From NCBI GenBank assembly GCA_029060625.1, contig JAIDTO010000261.1, positions 1 to 60,885 on the forward strand: DNA of 60,885 nucleotides, given 5' to 3'. The position numbers and the translations under genes are program-made. Below, one piece after another: positions 18,951-29,068 of this stretch. Below the pieces are notes generated by a model. It was not told where the DNA came from and made no database searches. It saw only the letters and a list, made by a program, of their open reading frames with translations. Every line of letters begins with the position of its first letter. Within the stretch, counting starts at the first letter, position 1. This DNA comes from Muribaculaceae bacterium (GTDB lineage: Bacteria; Bacteroidota; Bacteroidia; Bacteroidales; Muribaculaceae).

Positions 18951-20285
18951 ATGAAAATGAATAAGGCACAACGCATATACCCATGGAAATGGATTCCCTC
19001 GCTATATATAGCAGAGGGAATCCCTTATTGTGCTGTAAATACTCTTCCTGTCCTGTTTTATTGTGAACTCGGGATATCCATTCCGGAGATCACTGCGTGG
19101 ACCGGACTTCTGTCACTCCCCTGGATGATAAGGCCGTTTTGGAGTCCGTTTGTAGATGTTTTTTCTACTAAACGTCGCTGGACATTGGCAATGCAGCTGT
19201 CGATGACTGTCTGCATGCTTGCAGTGGCGCTTTGTCTGCCTACTTCCTTTTTCTTTGCCTCTACACTCAGTGTCTTTGCGTGCATGGCGTTTTTCTCTGC
19301 TACGCACGATATTGCTGCCGATGGCTTCTATATGCTTGCCCTTACTGAAAAGCAGCAAGCAGATTTCGTAGGCATCCGATCTACTTTTTATAAGGTGGCG
19401 ACTGTGCTCGGGCAAGGAGGGCTCACTCTTTTGGCAGGTTGGCTTGAGAGCCGTGGGATGCAACCAGCCGGATCCTGGGCGATTGTCTTTTATTGCCTGA
19501 CTGCAGTCTTCTTTGGTATCTGGCTATGGCATACGCAAGCACTCCCTAAACTTGCAGATGATCATCCTGCTGGAGGTTCTGCTCCATCTGATATTGTGAG
19601 GAATTTCTGTATGACATTCGTCACTTTTTTTAAGAAAAAGTATATTGCTGCCGCTTTGGCTTTCATGCTTCTTTTCCGTCTGCCGGAGTCGATGTGTGGG
19701 AAGATGGTGGCAATATTTATGAAAACTCCTCTTTCTGAAGGTGGTCTCGGACTCTCTCTTACTGAGATCGGATTCGCCAACGGCACAGTAGGTGTAATAG
19801 CTTTGCTTGCCGGTGGAGTGTTGGGTGGCATAGCAATCGGGCATGGAGGACTTCGCCGATGGCTATGGCCAATGGCTGCATCACTTGCTCTTCCATGTGT
19901 GGTGTATTGTCTGCTTGCTATTTGGCCACAGTCTGATTTCTCGCTTATATGCGTGGCAGTAGGGTTCGAACAGTTCGGTTATGGGTTCGGCCTGACTGCT
20001 CTTATGATGTATATGATTTATTTTGCAAGAGGGGAGTCAGAGACTTCTCACTATGCATTTTGCATTGCATTTTCGATGGCCGGCATAATGCTTCCGGGCA
20101 TGGCTGCCGGATGGATTTTTGAGCGGATTGCCGATTTCGGTCTTGGTGGATTCAGTGGAGGAAACGCATTTGAAATCTATTTTTGGTTTGTAATGGTATG
20201 TTGCCTCACTACTTTCGCCGCCTGCTGCATTGCAATGCCTTCCATTAAATATATAAGTGGCTACTTAGCTGAAAATAACAAATAA
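18951..20285 (+). CDS. MFS transporter, AmpG-like
   Basis: PW.WIPSLY.AEG.PY, LPW...PFWSPFVD, SATHDIAADGFY; about 12 TM helices. Confidence 0.8.
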   Translation: MKMNKAQRIYPWKWIPSLYIAEGIPYCAVNTLPVLFYCELGISIPEITAWTGLLSLPWMIRPFWSPFVDVFSTKRRWTLAMQLSMTVCMLAVALCLPTSFFFASTLSVFACMAFFSATHDIAADGFYMLALTEKQQADFVGIRSTFYKVATVLGQGGLTLLAGWLESRGMQPAGSWAIVFYCLTAVFFGIWLWHTQALPKLADDHPAGGSAPSDIVRNFCMTFVTFFKKKYIAAALAFMLLFRLPESMCGKMVAIFMKTPLSEGGLGLSLTEIGFANGTVGVIALLAGGVLGGIAIGHGGLRRWLWPMAASLALPCVVYCLLAIWPQSDFSLICVAVGFEQFGYGFGLTALMMYMIYFARGESETSHYAFCIAFSMAGIMLPGMAAGWIFERIADFGLGGFSGGNAFEIYFWFVMVCCLTTFAACCIAMPSIKYISGYLAENNK

Positions 20286-20290
20286 ACTAA

Positions 20291-21532
20291 ATGAAAATGA
20301 GATTATTTCTTACTCTTACAGTCCTTTCGACAGTGGCACTGAATTCTGGAGCTACTTATATGGACAAATATCAGGCAGCTCAGGCTGACCCGAAAATTGA
20401 GATACCTGATTCTACAGGATTCAAGTTTACAGATGTGAAGGTCAATAAGACCACTTCTGTGAAGGATCAGAATAAATCAGGAACTTGCTGGGCTTTTTCC
20501 GGTACGTCAATGATAGAAGATGACGTAATGCGCAAGGGTGGTCCTGAACTTGATCTTTCAGAGATGTGGACCGTGCGTAACTGCTATATTGACAAAGCAA
20601 AGAAATTCATCAGCACCGGAGGGAAAATCAATTTTGCGCAAGGAGGCTCCTTTGCTGATGTGACATATGCTATCGACAATTATGGCGCTGTGCCTGAAGA
20701 AGTATATGCCGGCCTTAACTATGGCGAAGACAAACACTCCCACTATGAGATGGCAGCTGCTCTTGAGGCTTACCTGAATGCCATCAACAAAAATCCCAAT
20801 AAGAAACTCTCTACGGCGTGGCTCCCTGGATTTGTGGCTATTATTGATGCTTATATGGGTCCCGCAGTGGAAAGCTTCACATATAATGGCAAGACATATA
20901 CCCCGGAATCATTTGCAAAGGCAATGAATATTGTCCCTGATGAATATGTCTCATTTACAAGCTATACTCATCATCCTTTCTATAAGCCTTTTGCTCTTGA
21001 AATTTCAGACAACTGGCTTTGGTCGGAAAGCATCAATGTGCCGATGGAAGAAATGAAGAGAATCGTGGATGAGGCTCTTGATAATGGCTATACAGTAGGT
21101 TGGGCTGCTGATGTCAGTGAGAAAGGATTCAAATGGCGTAAAGGCTATGCGCTTTTGCCAGAGAAAAAAGCTAAGGAAGACATGGACAATGCTGAGGTAG
21201 CTCGTTGGACCCAACTTTCCGACTCTGATCGCGATGCAATGCAGTATGACATCAAGGGCCCTGTGAAAGAGCGTAAAATCACACAGGAAGATCGCCAGCG
21301 CACTTTCGAAAACCGTGAGACAACTGACGACCATGGCATGGTGATTGTAGGCTATGCTACAGATCAGGAAGGCAACCGCTATTATAAAGTGAAGAATTCT
21401 TGGGATACAAACCAACTTTATGGTGGATATCTTTATGTCTCTGAGCCTTATTTCCTTGAAAAGACTATTGACATTATGGTCAATAAATCAGGAGTGCCCA
21501 ACGACATTGCTAAAAAGGTAGGACTTAAGTAA
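20291..21532 (+). CDS. Papain-like C1 cysteine aminopeptidase (PepC/bleomycin hydrolase-like), exported
   Basis: Catalytic motifs DQNKSGTCW, DDHGM, KVKNSW; signal peptide. Confidence 0.88.
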   Translation: MKMRLFLTLTVLSTVALNSGATYMDKYQAAQADPKIEIPDSTGFKFTDVKVNKTTSVKDQNKSGTCWAFSGTSMIEDDVMRKGGPELDLSEMWTVRNCYIDKAKKFISTGGKINFAQGGSFADVTYAIDNYGAVPEEVYAGLNYGEDKHSHYEMAAALEAYLNAINKNPNKKLSTAWLPGFVAIIDAYMGPAVESFTYNGKTYTPESFAKAMNIVPDEYVSFTSYTHHPFYKPFALEISDNWLWSESINVPMEEMKRIVDEALDNGYTVGWAADVSEKGFKWRKGYALLPEKKAKEDMDNAEVARWTQLSDSDRDAMQYDIKGPVKERKITQEDRQRTFENRETTDDHGMVIVGYATDQEGNRYYKVKNSWDTNQLYGGYLYVSEPYFLEKTIDIMVNKSGVPNDIAKKVGLK

Positions 21533-21540
21533 TTCGATAT

Positions 21541-21630
21541 ACGTTATGCGTTGTGCGTGATGCGTAGTATAAGATTCGACTGCGTATAGCGTACAACGCA
21601 AAACGCAGAACGCGCTACGCATAACGCAAA
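21541..21630. repeat. Inverted pair of 7-bp tandem arrays
   Basis: ACGTTAT GCGTTGT GCGTGAT GCGTAGT ... GCGTATA GCGTACA ACGCAAA ACGCAGA ACGCGCT ACGCATA ACGCAAA. Confidence 0.85.
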
Positions 21631-21631
21631 T

Positions 21632-22432
21632 ATGGAAGTAAAAGCGAAGAAGGCGCTGGGGCAGCATTTCCTTACGGATCTGCCGACAGCAGAAAAGATA
21701 GCGGATACAATTTCCGCAAATGAGCTTTCTCAGGCTTGTGGGGCTGAGATAGGCACAGAATGGGGTAATCTCCCTGTGGTTGAGATTGGTCCCGGGATGG
21801 GAGTACTGACTGATTTTCTCGTCGCTTCAGGCAGAGATGTGACAGCAATAGAAATCGACCATGAGAGTGTGGAGTATCTTGGAAAATATAAAAAAGAAAT
21901 AAAGGTGATAGAAGGGGATTTCCTTCGACTTGATCTTGATGATATTGTAGAAGGAGAAATAGCCCTTATAGGCAATTATCCATACAATATATCTTCCCAG
22001 ATATTCTTCCGAGTCCTTGAATATAAAGATAAGATACCGGTTGTAGCAGGAATGCTTCAAAAAGAGGTTGCAGAGCGCATTTGTTCCGGTCCAGGATCGA
22101 AGGTTTATGGTATACTTTCAGTCTTGCTTCAGGCTTGGTATGACTGTGAGTATCTTTTTACCGTAGAGCCTGGAGTGTTCTCTCCACCTCCAAAGGTTCG
22201 TAGTGGTGTCCTACGGATTACACGTAATTCCCGGACTGATCTTGGAGTGGATGAAAAGAAGTTCAAGACTGTAGTAAAGACAGCTTTCGGCCAGCGGCGT
22301 AAGACGCTCCGTAATTCTCTTGCAGGAATGATCCCCGCAGGCAGTCCACTTCTTGATGATCCTATTCTCAAAGAGCGACCGGAGCGACTTTCTGTTGAGC
22401 AGTTCATATATATTACAAAATCTTTAAGTTGA
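21632..22432 (+). CDS. rsmA: 16S rRNA m6,2A dimethyltransferase KsgA
   Basis: KKALGQHFL, EIGPG.G.LT, GNYPYNISS, F.PPPKV.S, FGQRRKTLRNSL. Confidence 0.96.
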   Translation: MEVKAKKALGQHFLTDLPTAEKIADTISANELSQACGAEIGTEWGNLPVVEIGPGMGVLTDFLVASGRDVTAIEIDHESVEYLGKYKKEIKVIEGDFLRLDLDDIVEGEIALIGNYPYNISSQIFFRVLEYKDKIPVVAGMLQKEVAERICSGPGSKVYGILSVLLQAWYDCEYLFTVEPGVFSPPPKVRSGVLRITRNSRTDLGVDEKKFKTVVKTAFGQRRKTLRNSLAGMIPAGSPLLDDPILKERPERLSVEQFIYITKSLS

Positions 22433-22477
22433 TTTCTTATTCCTGAATTTTAAGTCATTAGTGACAGTCATTGATAG

Positions 22478-23092
22478 ATGGAAAAAATTTTTTTTCAATT
22501 AGGAAAGGTCTTAGGTGTATTTCATCCGGTTGTCAATAAGTTAACTGCTTTGCGACGTGTCATATATTCAGGGTATGTCTCAAGAAAATTTCGTAAGTTT
22601 GGGAAAAATACCATAATTGACTATGAGCAGGTGTTGATACGAGGTGAAAAATACATTCAGATAGGTGACGATTGTTATATTGGTAGGGGAGGGCAACTGA
22701 CTGCAACTGAAAATCATGGTAGAGAAAAATGGACTCCGGAAATGATTATTGGTGACAATTGCAAAATAGGAACATATTGCCATATAACAGCTATCAAAGG
22801 AATCTATATTGGAAACAATGTCCTCACAGGCAAATCTATCTTGATAACTGACAATGCTCATGGGACATCAGAACGAGCTATGCTTGATATTCCTCCAACA
22901 TTGAGGTCCTTGTCATCTGTAGGTCCGGTTACAATTGGTGATAATGTATGGATTGGAGATAAGGCTTCGATAATGCCGGGAGTAACTATTGGAAAAGGAA
23001 GTATTGTAGCTGCTAACTCTGTCGTCACCCATGATGTGCCACCCTACTGTGTTGTAGGTGGTATACCCGCTAAAATCATAAAACGATTGTAA
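22478..23092 (+). CDS. Left-handed beta-helix (hexapeptide repeat) O-acetyltransferase
   Basis: IGDNVWIG...[23 protein letters not shown]...VVGG.PAK. Confidence 0.88.
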   Translation: MEKIFFQLGKVLGVFHPVVNKLTALRRVIYSGYVSRKFRKFGKNTIIDYEQVLIRGEKYIQIGDDCYIGRGGQLTATENHGREKWTPEMIIGDNCKIGTYCHITAIKGIYIGNNVLTGKSILITDNAHGTSERAMLDIPPTLRSLSSVGPVTIGDNVWIGDKASIMPGVTIGKGSIVAANSVVTHDVPPYCVVGGIPAKIIKRL

Positions 23093-23182
23093 CGAACATG
23101 ACTATTCCCTCTCGGAAATAACTATAGCGGACAATAAAGTTTATGTATGTCGTTATATAAAAACAGTATGTAAGTTTATAAA

Positions 23183-24613
23183 ATGGAAAAACAAACTCGA
23201 TTTTTGATGCTTGTGGTATCAATCGGACTATCTGTCTGCATGAGCGTGGCCTCAGCTTTTATTTCTGCCACTGATCCTGAATTATCTGAGACATTGGAAA
23301 AAATGAAAATTCCACTTATTGTAGTCAATACTATAGATGGTGAGGAACCGACATGCGATAATATTGATGCTCCTCCCGGGATGAGCGGCGCCGGAATCAC
23401 CAATGCTACGAAAGTTCCTGGCGAGATGCAGATTATCCTTGAGGGAGACACACTCTACGACAGTGGGGAATACGTTAGTAAGGAAAGTGGGCTTACCATT
23501 AAGATACGAGGAAATACGAGTGGACGAATGCCAAAGAAATCATACAAGCTGAAGCTTCAGAAGAAGGCGGATCTGCTCTTCCGTGGCGATAAGAAATACA
23601 AGGATAAAGAATGGGTACTTCTTCGTTCTGGTTCCACACTGGTTACCACTATAGGCAATTGGGCAGGTGAGCTGATAGGACAGGATTGGACTCCTTCATG
23701 CACGCATGTAAATTTTATGATGAACGGAGAATATAGAGGACTCTATGTCCTATGTGAACCGGTATCAGTCAATTCTGATTGTCGAATCAGTGTAGACAAA
23801 AAGGATGGTTATGTGGTAGAGGCAGATGCATACTGGTGGAACGAGGATCTCTCTTTCCCCTCGACCCTCACCTCTTCTAATCTTAAGTTCACTTATAAGT
23901 ATCCCGATCCGGATGATATTACAGATGAATGGCATAAGGCTATAGCGGCAGATGTGGTTGCACAAGAGGCAAAGATAACCGACGGCACTTATGATGAAGC
24001 CTACGATTGTGAATCGTTTGCCAAATGGCTTGCTGCTTGGGAGCTTCTTGGCAATAGCGATACATCTGGAGCGAATATGTATATAGTAAAAAAAGATAGT
24101 GAGTCAAAGATATGTATGGGTCCGATGTGGGATTTTGACCATGCTCTAAAGATGGAGGATGACTGGATTGGCATACATTACAGGAGTTTCTATTTCCACC
24201 ATATGCTTGCTTCCTCCAATGATGCTTTTAAGAAGGCGTTCATAGATGTCTGGCATAAGAAGGGGCATGAGATGGCGGAAGGGCTTATCGAAAGAATAAA
24301 TGCTTTCGCCGATTCGCAAATGGCATCTGACTATCAGAGATCGCTTGATATAGAGGATGAGCTGCAGTTTCCTGTAGACTGGTGGCAGCCTTATCGTGGC
24401 AGCCTTGAATTTATGAGGGCTTACAGTACAGATTACCTATCCAGACGTGCTGAATGGATTGACGCCAAACTTATTGAAGAGGAAAACGGAGTTGACAGTA
24501 TCAACGCTTCATTTATTGAAGATTGCGATTACGATGTATTTGGATGTCCGATAGATGCTAATGTACCGGGCATACATATTCGGAACGGCAAGAAAGTATA
24601 TGTGAGTAAGTGA
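23183..24613 (+). CDS. CotH kinase-family secreted protein
   Basis: IKIRGNTS...KKSYKLKL, NGEYRGLY.L.E, GPMWDFD; signal peptide; tail GIHIRNGKKVYVSK. Confidence 0.85.
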   Translation: MEKQTRFLMLVVSIGLSVCMSVASAFISATDPELSETLEKMKIPLIVVNTIDGEEPTCDNIDAPPGMSGAGITNATKVPGEMQIILEGDTLYDSGEYVSKESGLTIKIRGNTSGRMPKKSYKLKLQKKADLLFRGDKKYKDKEWVLLRSGSTLVTTIGNWAGELIGQDWTPSCTHVNFMMNGEYRGLYVLCEPVSVNSDCRISVDKKDGYVVEADAYWWNEDLSFPSTLTSSNLKFTYKYPDPDDITDEWHKAIAADVVAQEAKITDGTYDEAYDCESFAKWLAAWELLGNSDTSGANMYIVKKDSESKICMGPMWDFDHALKMEDDWIGIHYRSFYFHHMLASSNDAFKKAFIDVWHKKGHEMAEGLIERINAFADSQMASDYQRSLDIEDELQFPVDWWQPYRGSLEFMRAYSTDYLSRRAEWIDAKLIEEENGVDSINASFIEDCDYDVFGCPIDANVPGIHIRNGKKVYVSK

Positions 24614-24623
24614 TTATTACTAT

Positions 24624-24661
24624 AAAAAAACGCCGTAGCACATGTTGCTGCGGCGCTTTTT
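24624..24661. terminator. Bidirectional terminator between the CotH gene and the polysaccharide operon
   Basis: A-run, CGCCGTAGCA-catgt-TGCTGCGGCG, T-run. Confidence 0.8.
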
Positions 24662-24714
24662 ATTAAAGAGAAATAAGACAATCTCACATGCATCCTCCTC
24701 TCATGAGCTAATTT

Positions 24715-26529
24715 TTACTTTAGTGAATTGACCATATAACGCACTGCTTTTGGGAGTTTTTTTAGAACTTTATTATCAATTCTGACATTAGTGCCATCTA
24801 TTTTATATTTTGATGCCCGAATATCGTTTGAACTTTGCGTTGTCACTTTATTGTCTTCATTGAATAGAAGTATATTGCTGTTTAAAATTGGTCTGTCGGA
24901 TTTTGGCACACTGTCTCCATACATTAACCTATAGGGACGATCAACAATATTGTACTGATAATTATTCCTAATCGAAGAATATGGATCATTGTTGTTCACT
25001 CGAGAGTCAATACTATATGACTGCCCATTGAAAATCAAATTTCCATAGCAGGTCACATCCCCACGCCCATCATCTATAAAAATGCCTCTTAGTTCACTTT
25101 TGCCATAAAAGTCATGGATTTTGTTATACTTCAAGCTGATTTTATCGGGAGTTTCAGTAGTTTTTATATAATTACCATACAGTTTGTTGCAGTATATTGC
25201 ACCCGCATCTCTTGAGAAATTTCTGTAAGGAAATGAATTAAATGTGGAGTCATTGTAAAATTCATTGTTTGAAATGTCAAATTTCCCATTCAATAAGAAT
25301 AGAGCCCCTCTTGGATTATTAATGAATATATTATCAGCAATATAGAATTCTTTACAGCTACTCAGGTATAGATATTGCATTACATTTTTATAGAAACAGA
25401 ATCCTCCTGAGTATTGATTGAAAATACTGTTAGTGATTTTTCCATAACAATTAGGTGCAAATACCCTGATTAATGGAATAAATTCAATGAAAGCACAATC
25501 AAAAAATTCACAGCGGTCTATAGATATTGTCTCTATGTCTGAATTATATGCTGTATTGATCACCTTCTGCAGAATGTTGCGAAATTTACAGTTCTCAAAA
25601 GTAATGCCCCCCTTAAGATTTTTATGAGGGAATACGACGTAATTACTATTGATTATGTCTATATTTTCTAATCTTAGTTCAGCTTCTTCTTGAGGAATAA
25701 ACAAGGGCTGATCTTGATTGTAGTCAATAATTTCTACTTGATTGTAATGCTTAGGTATGAATACATACTCATCAGTATAATAAATTTTGTCTGTTTGAGG
25801 TGACGTATTGTATAATACAAATGCAATATTTTCTTTGTATGCAGATTTCTCACCATTAATATAAGCATTGAATTGCGCTTTAGTCCGTGGCTGCAATAAC
25901 TCACAATAGAAATACTTCGCATCGGAATGCGTGATGGCAAATGATGGAGCAGTCCACCAACTGTCGATATAGCCAAATGCTCTGCTGAAAGATTGATTCC
26001 TAAGATTATTGAGATTATCCGGAATCTTAAGTTTAATTTTACTTATATCCGAAGACTCTTTAGATTCGATTGGAATCACATCTTCTGTAATATAGTTTAC
26101 TTTGCTTTCAGAATCGACATCTTCCGAAATAGGAATAATTCTGCCATCTGAATCCACAAACAGACTAAATATTCCTAAGTTTTTTATCGGACACACATAA
26201 TGAGTAGACGTTTCCCTTATAGCATCCTTTTTTGTAAGGATCTTGTTTTTTTGAGTTAACACAGCTCCATCCCCGTTCAATTTGAATTTTGTATATATAG
26301 GTTTGGATCCATCAATTGTATATATTCCTTCTGTCAGATAGGCATCTACTTCTTTCCGAAGAGATGCTTTTTTCATCAAAGCATCAAATTCTGATTGAGT
26401 AGAGATGGTGTCAGTTACATTAATACTTGCGCCGTTCTGATAGGTTGCTAATGAATTTGGGATAATCCCAAAAAGCAAAAGCACCGGCAATGTCATTGCC
26501 AGTGCTTGTCTTATAAATACTTTTCCCAA
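24715..26529 (-). CDS. Exported right-handed parallel beta-helix protein (possible polysaccharide lyase/hydrolase)
   Basis: 604-aa AT-rich ORF with TTG start and signal-like N-terminus; Asn/Ile-rich repeats such as ISNNEFYN, D.GAIY, N.IHDF.G, RGIFIDDG, YGNLIFN. Confidence 0.55.
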   Translation of the reverse strand: MGKVFIRQALAMTLPVLLLFGIIPNSLATYQNGASINVTDTISTQSEFDALMKKASLRKEVDAYLTEGIYTIDGSKPIYTKFKLNGDGAVLTQKNKILTKKDAIRETSTHYVCPIKNLGIFSLFVDSDGRIIPISEDVDSESKVNYITEDVIPIESKESSDISKIKLKIPDNLNNLRNQSFSRAFGYIDSWWTAPSFAITHSDAKYFYCELLQPRTKAQFNAYINGEKSAYKENIAFVLYNTSPQTDKIYYTDEYVFIPKHYNQVEIIDYNQDQPLFIPQEEAELRLENIDIINSNYVVFPHKNLKGGITFENCKFRNILQKVINTAYNSDIETISIDRCEFFDCAFIEFIPLIRVFAPNCYGKITNSIFNQYSGGFCFYKNVMQYLYLSSCKEFYIADNIFINNPRGALFLLNGKFDISNNEFYNDSTFNSFPYRNFSRDAGAIYCNKLYGNYIKTTETPDKISLKYNKIHDFYGKSELRGIFIDDGRGDVTCYGNLIFNGQSYSIDSRVNNNDPYSSIRNNYQYNIVDRPYRLMYGDSVPKSDRPILNSNILLFNEDNKVTTQSSNDIRASKYKIDGTNVRIDNKVLKKLPKAVRYMVNSLK

Positions 26530-26547
26530 TGTGTTCAGTTATAAAAA

Positions 26548-27678
26548 TTATCGATTCTTATACATATCGTCGTAGTAGCGTTCATAGTCGCCTGAAGTGA
26601 TGTTGTCCATCCATTCCTGATTGTCGAGATACCAACGTACCGTCTTTTCTATTCCTTCCTCGAACTGCAGGGATGGTTCCCATCCGAGCTCCGACTGGAG
26701 CTTACGGCTATCGATGGCGTAGCGCATATCATGGCCGAGGCGGTCAGTGACGAAAGTAATCAGTTTCTCGGAGTGTCCTTCTGGATTGCCAAGCATACGG
26801 TCTACAGTCTTGATGATTACCTTTATGAGGTCAATGTTCTTCCATTCGTTGAATCCACCGATATTATAGGTGTCAGCAATCTTTCCTTCATGGAAAATAA
26901 GATCGATCGCGCGTGCATGGTCTTCTACAAAAAGCCAGTCGCGAACATTTTCACCCTTACCGTAGACAGGCAGTGGCTTTCCATGGCGGATATTATTGAT
27001 GAAGAGGGGGATCAGTTTCTCTGGGAACTGATATGGCCCATAGTTATTGGAGCAGTTTGTGACGATAGTCGGCATTCCATAAGTGTCATGGTAAGCGCGT
27101 ACGAAATGGTCGCTGCTCGCTTTTGAAGCAGAATATGGTGAGTGAGGATTATATTTAGTAGTCTCGAGGAAGAATTCGGTGCCGTATGCCATGTCGTCTT
27201 CGCTGGAAGCCTTTGTGGTGAATGGAGCAGGGACACCTTCAGGGTGAGTAAGCTCAAGCGCTCCGTAAACCTCATCGGTAGATATATGATAGAAGCGTTT
27301 CCCTTCGTATTTCTCCGGAAGAGACTCCCAGTATTCCTTTGCTGCCTGAAGCAGAGCGAGAGTACCCATCACGTTTGTACGAGCAAAAGTGAACGGATCC
27401 TTAATGGAACGGTCGACATGGCTCTCCGCAGCAAGGTGAATTATTCCGTCGATTTCATATTCCTTTACAATGCGGCGCATATCGTCGAGGTCAGCGATAT
27501 CGGCGCGTACGAATGTATAGTTGGGCTTGTCCTCGATATCCTTGAGATTTGCAAGGTTGCCTGCATAGGTTAGTTTGTCGAGGTTGACTATTCTATAGTC
27601 TGGATATTTGTTTACGAAGAGGCGCACCACATGGCTTCCGATGAAGCCTGCGCCGCCTGTGATGAGAATGTTCTTCAT
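26548..27678 (-). CDS. rfbB: dTDP-glucose 4,6-dehydratase
   Basis: TGGAGFIGS, DKLTYAGN, AAESHVDRSI, STDEVYG, YSASKASSD, NNYGPYQFPEKLIP. Confidence 0.97.
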   Translation of the reverse strand: MKNILITGGAGFIGSHVVRLFVNKYPDYRIVNLDKLTYAGNLANLKDIEDKPNYTFVRADIADLDDMRRIVKEYEIDGIIHLAAESHVDRSIKDPFTFARTNVMGTLALLQAAKEYWESLPEKYEGKRFYHISTDEVYGALELTHPEGVPAPFTTKASSEDDMAYGTEFFLETTKYNPHSPYSASKASSDHFVRAYHDTYGMPTIVTNCSNNYGPYQFPEKLIPLFINNIRHGKPLPVYGKGENVRDWLFVEDHARAIDLIFHEGKIADTYNIGGFNEWKNIDLIKVIIKTVDRMLGNPEGHSEKLITFVTDRLGHDMRYAIDSRKLQSELGWEPSLQFEEGIEKTVRWYLDNQEWMDNITSGDYERYYDDMYKNR

Positions 27679-27701
27679 ATCAATAATTCTTTATTAGTTT
27701 A

Positions 27702-29042
27702 TTATAACCGTCCGTCTACCATATCCGGTGACAAAACACTTTTGACATCGAAGACGACACCCTTTTCAGGATCAGCGAGAAGTTCTCTGACATTGAAGTT
27801 GCAGAATTGGCAATGAGCGACTGCCAAAATGACTGCATCAAATCTTCCTTTCATATCATCGATAGATTCTATGGAGAGCTTAATTCCGTATTCTTTCTCA
27901 ACCGTTAAGGGATCTGCCCAATAGTCTAAGACTGTAATGTTGTCGGTATATTCCTTTAAAGTGTTATAAATGCTCAGGATTTTAGTATTGCGTATATCGG
28001 GACAATTTTCCTTAAAGGTGACGCCCAGCAAAAGCACTTTTGCATCCTTCACCATGATTCCTTTTCGATTCATCAAGTCAATGGTCTTGGCAGCCACATA
28101 GGGCCCCATGCTTTCATTGATATTTCTGGCAGCTATGAGAAGGTCAGGCACCACATCATAGTCTTTTGCCTTCTGTATTAGATAGTAGGGGTCGACTGAG
28201 ATGCAATGTCCTCCTACGAGCCCCGGCTTGAGCTTATTGAAGTTCCATTTTGACGCAGCTGCTTCAATCACTTCCTGTGTGTCAATACCGATTGCATTGA
28301 AGATTCTTGCAAGTTCATTAAAGAATGCTATATTAACATCCCTCTGAGCATTCTCAATCACTTTTGAAGCCTCTGCCACTTTTATTGATGGTGCTTTATA
28401 CGTGCCGTTTACGAGCACTGAGTTGTAGACATCGTCTACCAGGTCAGCAGTCTCAGGTGTAGATCCTGATGTGACTTTTGTGATTCTCTCAACAGTGTGG
28501 AACCTATCGCCCGGGTTTATTCTTTCAGGTGAATACCCACCAAAGAAGTCTTTATTGTATGTAAGGCCACTTTCTTTTTCAATAATAGGCATGCATTCAT
28601 CTTCAGTGACTCCGGGATAGACAGTAGACTCAAAGACTACAATATCTCCTTTAGATATCACCTTCCCTACCAGTCTCGATGCACTCAAAAGAGGATTTAG
28701 ATCCGGACGCATCTTTTCATCGATCGGAGTCGGGACTGCCACTATATAGAAGTTGCAATCTTTAAGGTCTTTAATGTCAAAGGTACATTTCAATCCATAT
28801 TTCGTCAACGCCTCGGTAAGCAATTGATTGGTGACTTCAAGGCGGGAATCATGTCCTGCATTCAGTTCATCCACTCTTGTTTTGCTGATATCAAATCCAA
28901 TGGTAGGATATTTGGTAGAGAAAAGTCGAGCGAGAGGAAGGCCGACATATCCCAATCCAATTACACCGATTCGGATGTCTTTGATGTCTGTAACTGAAGA
29001 GGAAGAATCTATATTTTTCATGAGATTGGTATTAGTCTCCAT
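27702..29042 (-). CDS. UDP-HexNAc 6-dehydrogenase (TviB/WbpO/CapL-like)
   Basis: GLGYVGLPLA, ESTVYPG.T, YSPERINPGD, K..EN.QRD.NIA, GGHCI.VDPYYL, G.TFKENCPD.RN. Confidence 0.9.
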   Translation of the reverse strand: METNTNLMKNIDSSSSVTDIKDIRIGVIGLGYVGLPLARLFSTKYPTIGFDISKTRVDELNAGHDSRLEVTNQLLTEALTKYGLKCTFDIKDLKDCNFYIVAVPTPIDEKMRPDLNPLLSASRLVGKVISKGDIVVFESTVYPGVTEDECMPIIEKESGLTYNKDFFGGYSPERINPGDRFHTVERITKVTSGSTPETADLVDDVYNSVLVNGTYKAPSIKVAEASKVIENAQRDVNIAFFNELARIFNAIGIDTQEVIEAAASKWNFNKLKPGLVGGHCISVDPYYLIQKAKDYDVVPDLLIAARNINESMGPYVAAKTIDLMNRKGIMVKDAKVLLLGVTFKENCPDIRNTKILSIYNTLKEYTDNITVLDYWADPLTVEKEYGIKLSIESIDDMKGRFDAVILAVAHCQFCNFNVRELLADPEKGVVFDVKSVLSPDMVDGRL

Positions 29043-29068
29043 TGTAAATGGTCTACAATTGGGGAATA

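Noticed and set aside
21541-21630. Possible CRISPR array or tRNA remnant
   Set aside because: Period of 7 with no unique spacers, no cas genes and no cloverleaf.
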